Shown: positions 36,859 to 45,729 of the stretch, one piece after another
Layout of the letters: every line of letters starts with the position of its first letter
How positions within the stretch are numbered: the first letter of the stretch is position 1
From: Verrucomicrobiota bacterium
GTDB taxonomy: Bacteria; Verrucomicrobiota; Verrucomicrobiia; Opitutales; Seribacteraceae
Direction: 5' to 3'
DNA length: 64,000 bases
Assembly (NCBI GenBank): GCA_027622665.1
Contig: JAQBYT010000008.1
Span: forward strand, 1 to 64,000
Translations under genes and position numbers: made by a program
The notes under the pieces: model-generated
Database searches by the model: none
What the model was told of the DNA's origin: nothing
What the model saw: only the letters and a program-made list of their open reading frames with translations

Positions 36859-37884
36859 TTGCCTAGTCTTTTGCAAACGCATCGTACAGGGCTGTTTTCT
36901 CTCATACTCTTTATCGGCCCGTTCTTCGGCCTATTGCTCTTATTTTGGGCAGTGCCGCTCGGACTGAGCGTCGATCTGGCTCTGCAACACCCCGATTACG
37001 TTCCTGGTTACCGCGAGGATGCCGCACCGCAAGGAGGGGAGGGCGGGGGCTCGGCAACCTCGGGTTCCGCGGATTGGTTGAATGTTTCCTGGGAACCTGA
37101 AGAAGAAGCAGCGAATGAACCGGTCGAGAAGTACGTCGGCTTCGGCAACTTCTCCTATGTTCTCGGCGACCCCAAGTTTCACAAGGCTCTGGGAAACACT
37201 GCCCTCTACGTCTTGGGCACGATTGGCATCGCGCTTCCCCTTGCCTTCTTTCTTGCCCATTTCCTGCGGCAGGTTCCGGGGCGGATGCGGCCTGTCCTTA
37301 GTTTTCTGCTTCTTCTTCCCGGGCTTTGCCTGTCGGGAGTGCTGGCTACGCTCTTTCAACTGTTTTTTCACGGGCGAGAGGGGGCCCTCAACCAGTGGTT
37401 CGTCGTGCCTATGGGGTTCGAGCCGATAAACTGGTTGCTTGACCCGTCCTTCGTGTTGCCTGCCCTCGTCCTTCAGGCGGTATGGAGGTGGACGGGGTTT
37501 ATTGTTCTTTTCTTCCTTTGCGGCATGGAGGCCATACCCAAGGCCTATTACGAGGCGGCTAGGGTGGAGGGAGCCGGTGCATGGCGGGTGCTAAGAACCA
37601 TAACCTTTCCCGCCGTCCGACATGTGACGGTATTCGCCGCCGTGTTCCTTGTCATCGACGGTTTCGCCTCCTTTTCGGGAGCCTACAACCTGCTCGGTGG
37701 TTCGGGCGGGATTCTGGACTCCGGCCTCCTGCTGGTCACCTACTTGTATCAGGTTGCCTTTCCGGGAGGTTCCGGACAGTTCGACTTTCCTGCTGCTGCC
37801 GCCATGAGCTTGCTGGTGGTGCCTCTTACCGCACTGGTTCTGTTTCTCGTCTTGTTCGGTAGAAATCGATTCTCACGTACATGA
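36859..37884 (+). CDS. Sugar ABC transporter permease
   Basis: YVGFGNF, ALGNT and the EAA loop IPKAYYEAARVEGA. Confidence 0.9.
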   Translation: MPSLLQTHRTGLFSLILFIGPFFGLLLLFWAVPLGLSVDLALQHPDYVPGYREDAAPQGGEGGGSATSGSADWLNVSWEPEEEAANEPVEKYVGFGNFSYVLGDPKFHKALGNTALYVLGTIGIALPLAFFLAHFLRQVPGRMRPVLSFLLLLPGLCLSGVLATLFQLFFHGREGALNQWFVVPMGFEPINWLLDPSFVLPALVLQAVWRWTGFIVLFFLCGMEAIPKAYYEAARVEGAGAWRVLRTITFPAVRHVTVFAAVFLVIDGFASFSGAYNLLGGSGGILDSGLLLVTYLYQVAFPGGSGQFDFPAAAAMSLLVVPLTALVLFLVLFGRNRFSRT

Positions 37885-38705
37885 ATTCTAGTTCTGCAAG
37901 ATACTTTTCTCCCGCCGTGCTCGTCTCCTTGCTTGCGGGACTGGTCTTTTCCTATCCCTTTCTGTGGATGTTTCTTTCCGCGTTCAAGACCAACAAGGAA
38001 ATCTATCAACCCTTGCTCCTGTTTCCCGCCGACTACGAATGGGATGCCTTTGCTGCCCTGTTTTCGGGGAAGTACCTCGATTTCACCAGCTTCTTTCTCA
38101 ATTCCGTTTTCATTTCCTGTATGCAGGCCCTGTTTGCCACTGCCGTTACAGCCTGCGCCGGATTCGCGTTTGCCAAACTGAATTTCCGGTTCAAGGGAGC
38201 ATTCTTCCTGTTGGCGGTATTGGTCATTCTGGTACCGAAGCAAGCCTTGGCCATTCCGCTTTTCGAATGGTTGACTTGGCTGGAACTGAACGGAAGCCGA
38301 TGGGCGGTGATCCTGCCCGGGATAGCCAGCGGGCTCGGCATCGTGTTCTTCACCCAAATCTTTAGCCGGATTCCGAACGAATTGATCGATCTCGCAAGGG
38401 TGGAGGGGGCATCGCTGCCCCGAACCTTTCTCGCAATCCTCCCGCTGGTGGCTCCGGCCCTCGTTACCTATGGCTTGATCCACTTCATCCTGGCGTGGCA
38501 GGAACACTTGTTTCCCTTGCTCCTGCTTTCCGATGCCAACCAAACCTTGCCCTTGGGGCTCGCCAAGCTGCGCGACTCCAGTCACCGAATTCCCGAAGCC
38601 GTAGCCATGGCGGCCGCCACCTTTACGCTCGTTCCTGTGGTCGCCTTGTTCGCCGTCTTTTATGGGAAGATGCGAACGGCTCTGGCCGAACTGACCCTAC
38701 ACTGA
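37881..38705 (+). CDS. Sugar ABC transporter permease
   Basis: PFLWMFLSAFK, FAFAKLNF, IPNELIDLARVEGA, TLPLGL. Confidence 0.9.
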   Translation: MNSSSARYFSPAVLVSLLAGLVFSYPFLWMFLSAFKTNKEIYQPLLLFPADYEWDAFAALFSGKYLDFTSFFLNSVFISCMQALFATAVTACAGFAFAKLNFRFKGAFFLLAVLVILVPKQALAIPLFEWLTWLELNGSRWAVILPGIASGLGIVFFTQIFSRIPNELIDLARVEGASLPRTFLAILPLVAPALVTYGLIHFILAWQEHLFPLLLLSDANQTLPLGLAKLRDSSHRIPEAVAMAAATFTLVPVVALFAVFYGKMRTALAELTLH

Positions 38706-39791
38706 GAGGTTTTTCCCTGTCTCCGGGTCGAACAGGTGACACCGTTCGGAATCTACGGTCAAGCTAACCTTGGAACCGATTTCCACTTCCGGTCGTTCCG
38801 TCACCTTTGCCACCAACAGGCTGTTGGCTACGCGAACATGCAGCAAGCGAGCCTCGCCGACATCCTCCAGCATTTCGAGCATTCCTTCCAACAAACCATA
38901 TTGGGAATCTTTGACATTCCCAGTTGCTAGGCTGAAATCTTCGGGCCTTGCTCCGAGTATGGTTTTACCTGCGGGAATGTTCTTAAGCTCCTCACTTAGG
39001 GGGAGAGTGCAATCGCCCATGGCGAAGCACGCATCGCCGGCCTCTTCTGTTTTTTCGCCTTCCAGAAAATTCATTGATGGGGAACCTATAAATTCGCCGA
39101 CAAACCGATCGACCGGATGATCGTAGACTTCCTTTGGAGTACCGACTTGGCGGATCAAGCCCTCATTCATGACGCAGACGCGGTCGCCGAGGGTCATGGC
39201 TTCCACTTGATCGTGGGTGACGTAGATCGTGGTGGTGCCCAGTTCACGGTGCAGGAGCGCCAGTTCTCGTCGCATGGTAACCCGGAGACGCGCATCGAGG
39301 TTGCTTAATGGCTCGTCCATGAGAAAGACGGCGGGCCTTCGGGCAATGGCTCGTCCAAAGGCGACTCTTTGGCGTTGTCCACCCGAGAGAGCTCCCGGCT
39401 TTCGATCGAGTAATTCGTCCAATCCCAGTTTCTCGGCGACTTCCAATACCCGTGTCTTCACTTCCGATTCGGGAGTCTTTCTAGCTCGCAGACCGAACGC
39501 CATGTTGTCGAAGGCCTTCATGTGAGGATACAGGGCGTAGTTTTGGAATACCATGGCGACGTCTCGGTCTTTCGGTTCCATGTCGTTTGCCAACTTTCCG
39601 CCGATTCGAAGGGAACCTGAGGTGATTTCCTCCAATCCGGCGATCATTCGAAGAGTCGTCGTCTTTCCGCAACCCGAGGGTCCAACCAAAACCAAAAACT
39701 CGCCATCCGATGCGGTCAGGCTTACGTTGTCCACGGCCTTTACGTTCTTGGGGTAGATTTTACTAACGGAATCTAATTCGACTTCAGCCAT
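38697..39791 (-). CDS. Sugar ABC transporter ATP-binding protein (MalK/UgpC family)
   Basis: GPSGCGKTT, VFQNYALYPHM, LSGGQRQR, DEPLSNLDA, YVTHDQVEAM and a TOBE-like tail. Confidence 0.94.
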   Translation of the reverse strand: MAEVELDSVSKIYPKNVKAVDNVSLTASDGEFLVLVGPSGCGKTTTLRMIAGLEEITSGSLRIGGKLANDMEPKDRDVAMVFQNYALYPHMKAFDNMAFGLRARKTPESEVKTRVLEVAEKLGLDELLDRKPGALSGGQRQRVAFGRAIARRPAVFLMDEPLSNLDARLRVTMRRELALLHRELGTTTIYVTHDQVEAMTLGDRVCVMNEGLIRQVGTPKEVYDHPVDRFVGEFIGSPSMNFLEGEKTEEAGDACFAMGDCTLPLSEELKNIPAGKTILGARPEDFSLATGNVKDSQYGLLEGMLEMLEDVGEARLLHVRVANSLLVAKVTERPEVEIGSKVSLTVDSERCHLFDPETGKNLSV

Positions 39792-39887
39792 TTCTCGGTA
39801 ATCTTTTACACGTTGAGCCAGGAGAGTGAAGAAGAAAGGGGATCATTCACGCTTGTCGGAAACGTACAGTGGACTAGATTGTGGGGC

Positions 39888-40610
39888 GTGAAGAAAATCT
39901 TCGACTGCAAACTTGGGCTTTGGCCCATCGTCTTTTGGGCGGCACTCACTGGATGCCAAACCGACTCTTGGGAAAGCCCTCCATCGGATAGCTCGCGGCG
40001 ACCGGAGGCAATCGTGGCCGAGTGCACCCTGTGCCACAGCACGCAGGAGGCGCAGCGGGGTCCCATTCTGCACGGCATGGACAACTGGTACTTGCTGGAC
40101 CAAATACAGAAATTTCATTCGGGTGTGCGCGGACGAGATTCGGACAACCGTTCGGAATACCTGATGGGCTCGGCAGTGAAGAAAATTCGCAGCGACTATG
40201 AAATGGCCTTGGCCGCGAATTGGTTTTCTCAACAGGCTCCTCTTCCGGCCATTCGCACCGTTTCCGGAGACTTGGAAGCGGGAGCGGTGCTATACGCTTC
40301 CCGGTGCGCATCCTGTCACGGCGAAAAGGCCGAAGGGAAGCGGGAAACCCTCTCACCTTCGCTCACCCGCTTGGAGGGATGGTACTTTTTCGATCAAATG
40401 AAGAAGTTTCGTTCCGGCGATCGTGGCAGCAACCTCGCCGACTTGGGCGGAAAAGCGATGTCCGCCGCCGTCAACGGCATGAGCAACCGACAATTCAAGG
40501 ACGTGGTCGCCTACGTCGTCGAAACCTTCGGCCCGCCCGAGGCTCTCTCGCTCAGGGAAAAAATGCTGCAACGGGTCTCCGAAGGCAAGGATGCCAACGC
40601 CACTCACTAG
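39888..40610 (+). CDS. Diheme c4-type cytochrome lipoprotein
   Basis: CTLCH and CASCH heme motifs, WYLLDQ / WYFFDQ repeats, lipobox LTGC; likely GTG start at 39888. Confidence 0.85.
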   Translation: MKKIFDCKLGLWPIVFWAALTGCQTDSWESPPSDSSRRPEAIVAECTLCHSTQEAQRGPILHGMDNWYLLDQIQKFHSGVRGRDSDNRSEYLMGSAVKKIRSDYEMALAANWFSQQAPLPAIRTVSGDLEAGAVLYASRCASCHGEKAEGKRETLSPSLTRLEGWYFFDQMKKFRSGDRGSNLADLGGKAMSAAVNGMSNRQFKDVVAYVVETFGPPEALSLREKMLQRVSEGKDANATH

Positions 40611-41275
40611 GCAACGCTCGCACGAATGGCTTCCAGTCGCTCGGGCGTGCCTACGTCGTCCCAATTGCCCTTATGGAGGGCTCCACACACGCGATTGCCT
40701 GCTATCGCGGCCCTGAGGCGAGGCACGATCGAGAATTTTTCGACCTTGGCCCCGGCCAGAATTCTGGGGTGGTACAGTGCAATGCCGGCGTAGAGAAGCT
40801 GGGGGGCGTCGTCCTCGACAACTCGACCTTTGTCGGTAAGGGCGAAATCTCCTCGCTCCCGCCATGCAGGTTTCGGTACGAGATACAGCATGGCATCGTC
40901 TTCGGGAGGAAGTTGCTTCGGAATCTCGGTAAAGTCCATGTCGCACCAGACGTCGCCATTGACTACGAGGAAGGGGGCTGCTCCCAAAAGAGGCAGGGCC
41001 TTGGCTAAGCCGCCTCCCGTTTCAAGTGGATCGGGCCCTTCGTCGGAATAGACGATTTTCATGCCCCATTCGGTGCCATCCCCCAAGGTGTCGGGGATTT
41101 TTGACCCTAGGTGCCCGAGGTTGATGACTGCTTCCGTAAAGCCCGCAGAGCTCAACTTTTCCAGATGGTGGACAATCATCGGCTTGCCCCCAATCTCGAC
41201 AAGCGGCTTGGGTGTGTGATCTGTCAGTGGTCGTAGGCGTTTGCCGTAACCTGCGGCGAGAATCATTACTTTCAT
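40607..41275 (-). CDS. murU: N-acetylmuramate alpha-1-phosphate uridylyltransferase (MurU-like)
   Basis: MILAAGYGKRLRPLTDHTPKPL, PLETGGG, VNGDVW, WDDVGTPERL; adjacent to the amgK-like gene. Confidence 0.82.
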   Translation of the reverse strand: MKVMILAAGYGKRLRPLTDHTPKPLVEIGGKPMIVHHLEKLSSAGFTEAVINLGHLGSKIPDTLGDGTEWGMKIVYSDEGPDPLETGGGLAKALPLLGAAPFLVVNGDVWCDMDFTEIPKQLPPEDDAMLYLVPKPAWRERGDFALTDKGRVVEDDAPQLLYAGIALYHPRILAGAKVEKFSIVPRLRAAIAGNRVCGALHKGNWDDVGTPERLEAIRASVA

Positions 41276-41284
41276 GGATCAGAA

Positions 41285-42259
41285 TTAGGCAAGGAGTTTA
41301 GCTTGTTCGACGATTGAGCGGAGAGGCTCCAGTTCCGGCCAACGAGAAAGCACAGTCTTCGCATAGCGCAAAACTCTGGGCACGTCGGCGAGGTAACTGC
41401 CCTTGCCGTCTCGCAACTTTAGGCGGTGAAAGATGCCGATGCACTTGAGGTGTCGTTGCAGGCCCGTGAAGTCGAACCAACGTAGGAAAGCTTCATCGCT
41501 CAGCTCGTCCGGCAATACGCCGGACTCAACGAGTCCCGACTTGTGGGCCAGAGCCTTGGAGGTGATCCAATCCTCGGCGTTGTCGACGTAACAGTCGCGG
41601 AGCAGTGACACCGGATCATAGGTAATCGGCCCGTGAAGAGCACCTTGGAAATCGATGACTCCGGGGTTCCCGTCCGGCAATACGAGCAGGTTGCGACAAT
41701 GAAAATCGCGGTGAACGAAAACACGTGGTTGCTCGAGGAACGTATCGACTAGGAGGGTCGTGACTTTGCCGTACTTCTCTTGTGGGCAGTCGGGCAAGCA
41801 CCATTCACGAAAAATTTCCAGTTCCATGCGAACCCAGTCCTCATCGTAATCCTTCAAGGCTTTGGCTTCTTCCCTAAGTCCAGTCTGGATTTTTAGGATT
41901 TCACCCAGAGCCAGCTCGTATAGGCTGTCTCGACCGTCACCTTCGATGGCTTCCTGATAATGGAGGTCGCCGAAATCGGAAAGGACTAGAAATCCATTAT
42001 CCAGATCTTGGGCGAGAATTTCGGGTGCGCGAACTCCTGCTTGAAGAAGTACCTCTGCAATTTTTACGAAGGGTTCGCACGGTTCCTTGTCGGGCGGGGC
42101 ATCCATGACGACATAGGAGCGCCCCTTGAGCGTCCACCGGAAGTAACGACGAAAACTGGCGTCAGCCGAGGCAATCGCCAATTCGCCACCGGCAAAATCA
42201 GGTATGCTTTCTAGCCAAGCTAGAACCTCGTCACGTCTGGAATCCACCACAACTGCCAT
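41285..42259 (-). CDS. amgK: Anomeric MurNAc/GlcNAc kinase (AmgK-like phosphotransferase)
   Basis: DASFRRYFR, MDAPP, HRDFHCRNL, IDFQGA, LQRHLK..GIF.RL..RDGK; start ATG 42259. Confidence 0.82.
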   Translation of the reverse strand: MAVVVDSRRDEVLAWLESIPDFAGGELAIASADASFRRYFRWTLKGRSYVVMDAPPDKEPCEPFVKIAEVLLQAGVRAPEILAQDLDNGFLVLSDFGDLHYQEAIEGDGRDSLYELALGEILKIQTGLREEAKALKDYDEDWVRMELEIFREWCLPDCPQEKYGKVTTLLVDTFLEQPRVFVHRDFHCRNLLVLPDGNPGVIDFQGALHGPITYDPVSLLRDCYVDNAEDWITSKALAHKSGLVESGVLPDELSDEAFLRWFDFTGLQRHLKCIGIFHRLKLRDGKGSYLADVPRVLRYAKTVLSRWPELEPLRSIVEQAKLLA

Positions 42260-42277
42260 AAGCAAACCCTTGGTTTC

Positions 42278-42338
42278 CGTGAACGTGGAGCATGAGCGAT
42301 GGCGCGTTAGCGACATTGCTCACTGCGATTGGTTATGG
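42278..42338 (-). mobile_element. Integron attC site 1 (61 bp)
   Basis: Minus strand: R'' CCATAAC, 5 bp, L'' GCAGTGAG (extra G at position 4), palindromic core, L' CTCATGC, 5 bp, R' GTTCACG. The HEPN gene stop codon lies inside R''. Confidence 0.85.
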
Positions 42339-42785
42339 CTTGAGGGTTGAGTATGTAAAATCATGTAAGCCATCTCTAAGTGATTCCGAAAAATAGCATA
42401 TTCTTTCGTAATAGGGTAGTTCGAAATACCCTTGTTTAAAATACTCAAAATCTTTCGATGCGTAAGTCTGGTTCAAGAGTGCAATCTCAGCTTTTGTCTC
42501 TTCCGTGATCTCCACCAAGTCTTGGATTCCCTCAGCTTCGCATTGAGATATCGCTTCAACCAAATTGTGACCAATTTTTCTTAATTCTTTCAGGTTTTTT
42601 CCTTTTGCTCGTAGGTAAGATTTCAATAAGAGCTCGATCGAGTGCGATACCAAATAATAAGCAGTCGTTGGGGCATGATGATCTAAGAGATGATCCGGCT
42701 TCCTTGGATCTTTTATTTTCTCTCCTGCATCGAGGAAGTCTCGCCCATATCTCCATAGGCCAAATGGTTTTACTCTTTCTTCCAT
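42333..42785 (-). CDS. HEPN-like domain protein (integron cassette gene)
   Basis: AYYLVSHSIELLLKSYL...GHNL pattern of HEPN domains; AT-rich; ATG lies inside the upstream R' box (GTTATGG). Confidence 0.7.
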   Translation of the reverse strand: MEERVKPFGLWRYGRDFLDAGEKIKDPRKPDHLLDHHAPTTAYYLVSHSIELLLKSYLRAKGKNLKELRKIGHNLVEAISQCEAEGIQDLVEITEETKAEIALLNQTYASKDFEYFKQGYFELPYYERICYFSESLRDGLHDFTYSTLKP

Positions 42786-42837
42786 AACGTCGAGGTAGAT
42801 CACGGCGATAGCCGTTGATCTCACCGCCTTGTTCGAT
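42782..42837 (-). mobile_element. Integron attC site 2 (56 bp)
   Basis: Minus strand: R'' ATCGAAC, AAGGC, L'' GGTGAGAT (extra G at position 4), core CAACGGCTATCGCCGTG, L' ATCTACC, TCGAC, R' GTTATGG. Confidence 0.87.
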
Positions 42838-42840
42838 TCT

Positions 42841-43080
42841 TTATTTTTTAATTAGCGCAACAATCGAAACGCATAACGCCAAAACTGACAAACTAATCGT
42901 AATCCATGAACGTATCTCCTGCCATTTATTCTTTCTTCTCTCTATTTCGTATTTTCCAACGAAAACATCGAGACACTCCGAACGCTTACCTGCAATCCAC
43001 TCAAGCAGAAATCCGTCGCTCATACTTTGAACTTCACGAAGCGACTTCTCGCCCTCTGACTGTTGATGATTTGGATTCAT
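42841..43080 (-). CDS. Small protein with C-terminal transmembrane helix (integron cassette gene)
   Basis: 79 aa ending WITISLSVLALCVSIVALIKK; stop codon 3 bp before the R'' box of attC2. Confidence 0.6.
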   Translation of the reverse strand: MNPNHQQSEGEKSLREVQSMSDGFLLEWIAGKRSECLDVFVGKYEIERRKNKWQEIRSWITISLSVLALCVSIVALIKK

Positions 43081-43247
43081 TGTTATCTCGTGTTAGTAGG
43101 TTACAGTCTGTATGGGGAGGACCAATCGATGATCTTTCGGAAATCGGCTTATTAATTGCGGTTGAAATGCCTAGATTGATACTTGCTATAAAAAATTCCT
43201 TATCGAACAAGGGCGTTCGTCAACGAAGAACGCCAAAAAGTAAGGTT

Positions 43248-44222
43248 TTAGGCCTCGATATTCGCCCAAACGTGAACATGGGGCTTGCCCCTGAAATACC
43301 ATACCATCTTGGGGCCTTCGACTTGCCATACGTCCCAGACGCCATCATCGCCGATATCCTCCTTCTTGTAGTAGGAGAGGTGGAGCTTGTTGAGGTCGTT
43401 GGCCTCGATGAGCTTCATGGCCTCGTCAGCGTCTTTCTTGCGGAAGGGTGCGAGGAGGTCTCCAAGTACCTTGCCCAAGAGCCCCTTCTGGTCTGCGGAA
43501 AGCTCGGAGGCCGGCAACCCCTCCAATCCTTCGGTAGAACCCTTGGTCTGGATTGTCTTGTTGCCGCGTTCCCCACGGCTGCGTTTATCGAGAAGGGCGA
43601 CCTTGCGTTGCTTGCCGTCGAGGGCTTGGTAGAGCTCGTTGGCCCGCTTAGCCTGGAACCAGTAGGCGTTGCCGGGATGATCGGCAGCTTCGTTAAATCC
43701 TTTGGCTGAGTGACCGTAGAAGATCGGGCCTCCGAAGGCGGCGCCTTCCACGGAGTCGCCGTCGCAGCGCCGGGTGCAGTGGCGACCAGTGTAGACGAAC
43801 TCGAACTTGCCCGAACCCGGCTTCCCGAAAAGGGCTATGGAACCTTTGCCGAAGCCACCGTCATGCTCCACTTGGTCATAAACCTTATCTGCGTAGTGGG
43901 GGCTGTGAAGCTTGAGGAAGATTTCCCGAACCATGGCCTGCTGATCCTTGGTGAACTGGCTGACGCGGGTCTTGTTGATGTGCCAATTGTTGTCCACCTT
44001 GGAGCGGAGTTCGTGATCAAAGGGAAGGCAGATGGCCTCGCGTTGCTCATCGGTCAGGCTTTTGTGGAGGGTGGCGACGAGGGTTTCGGACTGTGGTCCC
44101 TTTAATACATCTGTCTTCGCGAAGGCAGTCTTGGAATCAAGCAGGAGAGAGCCTGTAGAGGCGAGGGCGGCGGCACCCACAAATTTGCGACGGGAGAGGG
44201 AGAAAGTTTTTTTGTCTATCAT
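43248..44222 (-). CDS. Tat-exported DUF3500-like protein
   Basis: LSRRKFVG twin-arginine signal; SLTDEQR, LFGKPG, GRH.T, FGGPIFYGH, RVEGP-like QVEGP, PHVH. Confidence 0.8.
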   Translation of the reverse strand: MIDKKTFSLSRRKFVGAAALASTGSLLLDSKTAFAKTDVLKGPQSETLVATLHKSLTDEQREAICLPFDHELRSKVDNNWHINKTRVSQFTKDQQAMVREIFLKLHSPHYADKVYDQVEHDGGFGKGSIALFGKPGSGKFEFVYTGRHCTRRCDGDSVEGAAFGGPIFYGHSAKGFNEAADHPGNAYWFQAKRANELYQALDGKQRKVALLDKRSRGERGNKTIQTKGSTEGLEGLPASELSADQKGLLGKVLGDLLAPFRKKDADEAMKLIEANDLNKLHLSYYKKEDIGDDGVWDVWQVEGPKMVWYFRGKPHVHVWANIEA

Positions 44223-44255
44223 GATGGTGGCGGATTTGGCGTTTAGGTTTTCAGT

Positions 44256-45707
44256 TCAGGCAAGAATATCATGTACTACTTTGGCTCCTTCAACGCCAGT
44301 AAGGCGTTGATCGAGACCGAGGTAGCGATAAGTGAAGCGTTCGTGATCGATGCCAAGGCAATGCAGCACGGTGGCGTTGAGGTCGTTTACGTGAACCGGG
44401 TTTTCCAGAATGTTGTATGCAAAGTCGTCGGTTTTGCCGTATTCGAGCCCTGCCTTGATGCCGCCACCTGCCATCCACATGCTGAATGCCCGTCCGTGGT
44501 GATCTCGCCCGTGGTTGTCCTTGGTAAGTTTCCCTTGTGAATAAATCGTGCGGCCGAATTCGCCTCCGCAAACAACTAGGGTGTCTTCCAATAGACCGCG
44601 TTGCTTGAGGTCGAGTACTAATGCGGCGGCAGGTTGGTCTATATCCTCGCACTGTTGGCGAATCTTGGAGGGGAGGGCCCCGTGTTGGTCCCAACCCCGA
44701 TGGAACAACTGGACGTAGGGAACGCCACGTTCGGCTAGGCGACGAGCTACTATGCAATTGTGGGCGAAACTTCCTTTTTTGCGGGCATCCTTGCCATAAA
44801 GATCAAGCACATGGGCGGGTTCGTCCTTCATATCCACGAGTTCGGGTACGCTGGATTGCATGCGAAATGCCATCTCATACTGCGCTATGCGGGCGTCGAT
44901 CTCCGGATCGCCGGTTTCCTGCTTCTTGGCTTGGTTGATCTTGGCGATGCCGTCTAGCATCGAGCGGCGTACGTCGCGAGTGACGCCGGGAGGGTTCGAC
45001 AGGTAGAGGACAGGATCGCCCGCGCTGCGAAACTTAACGCCTTGGTGTTTGGACGGAAGGAAACCACTGCCCCATAAGCGGTCGTAAAGGGCTTGGGATT
45101 GACCGCGTCCCTTGGAAATCATTACGACGTAACCCGGCAAATTATGATTCGGGCTGCCCATACCCCAACTGAGCCATGCCCCAAGAGAGGGTTTTCCGGG
45201 TTGTTGGACGCCGGTATTGATGGCGGTGATGGCGGGATCGTGGTTTATGGCCTCGGTGTGGACGGACTTAATGAGAGTGATCTCATCAGCGATGCCTCCG
45301 ATTTTCGGAACGATTTCGCTGAACCAGCTCCCATTTTGCCCATGGCGAGAAAACTTGAACATCGGAGCCACGCAAGGAAATGATTTCTGCCCCGAGGTCA
45401 TTCCCGTGATGCGCTGACCTTGGCGAATTGAGTCAGGCAGTTCGATACCGTGGATATCTCGCATTGCGGGGTGGTAGTCGTACATATCGATGTGCGACGG
45501 ACCGCCGGAGAAGAATAAATAAATTACCCGCTTTGCTTTAGGACGAAAATGAATGCCTCCAAGCGTGCCTCCAAGGCCATCGGCAGTAATTCCTGCCGTA
45601 AGCGCAGGATTAAGAAGATTTGCTGCGCCAAGGGCTCCAAGCCCTCGGGCACCTAGGTTGAGAAGCTTTCGGCGAGTGAGAGCCGGATTGATATCGTAGG
45701 AATTCAT
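44256..45707 (-). CDS. DUF1501 domain protein (Tat signal)
   Basis: [61 protein letters not shown]. Confidence 0.92.
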   Translation of the reverse strand: MNSYDINPALTRRKLLNLGARGLGALGAANLLNPALTAGITADGLGGTLGGIHFRPKAKRVIYLFFSGGPSHIDMYDYHPAMRDIHGIELPDSIRQGQRITGMTSGQKSFPCVAPMFKFSRHGQNGSWFSEIVPKIGGIADEITLIKSVHTEAINHDPAITAINTGVQQPGKPSLGAWLSWGMGSPNHNLPGYVVMISKGRGQSQALYDRLWGSGFLPSKHQGVKFRSAGDPVLYLSNPPGVTRDVRRSMLDGIAKINQAKKQETGDPEIDARIAQYEMAFRMQSSVPELVDMKDEPAHVLDLYGKDARKKGSFAHNCIVARRLAERGVPYVQLFHRGWDQHGALPSKIRQQCEDIDQPAAALVLDLKQRGLLEDTLVVCGGEFGRTIYSQGKLTKDNHGRDHHGRAFSMWMAGGGIKAGLEYGKTDDFAYNILENPVHVNDLNATVLHCLGIDHERFTYRYLGLDQRLTGVEGAKVVHDILA

Positions 45708-45729
45708 GGCGATACTATTAGTGAAAGCA

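Noticed and set aside
43243..43252. CCTAAAAC on the minus strand resembling the attI1 L box
   Set aside because: It is not followed by GTT at the right spacing and overlaps the DUF3500 stop codon, so it is probably coincidental.
42906..43709. 267-aa plus-strand ORF across the cassette and the DUF3500 gene
   Set aside because: It runs antisense through a well-supported gene and against the attC orientation. The minus-strand 79-aa ORF stops right at the attC R'' box, as cassette genes do.
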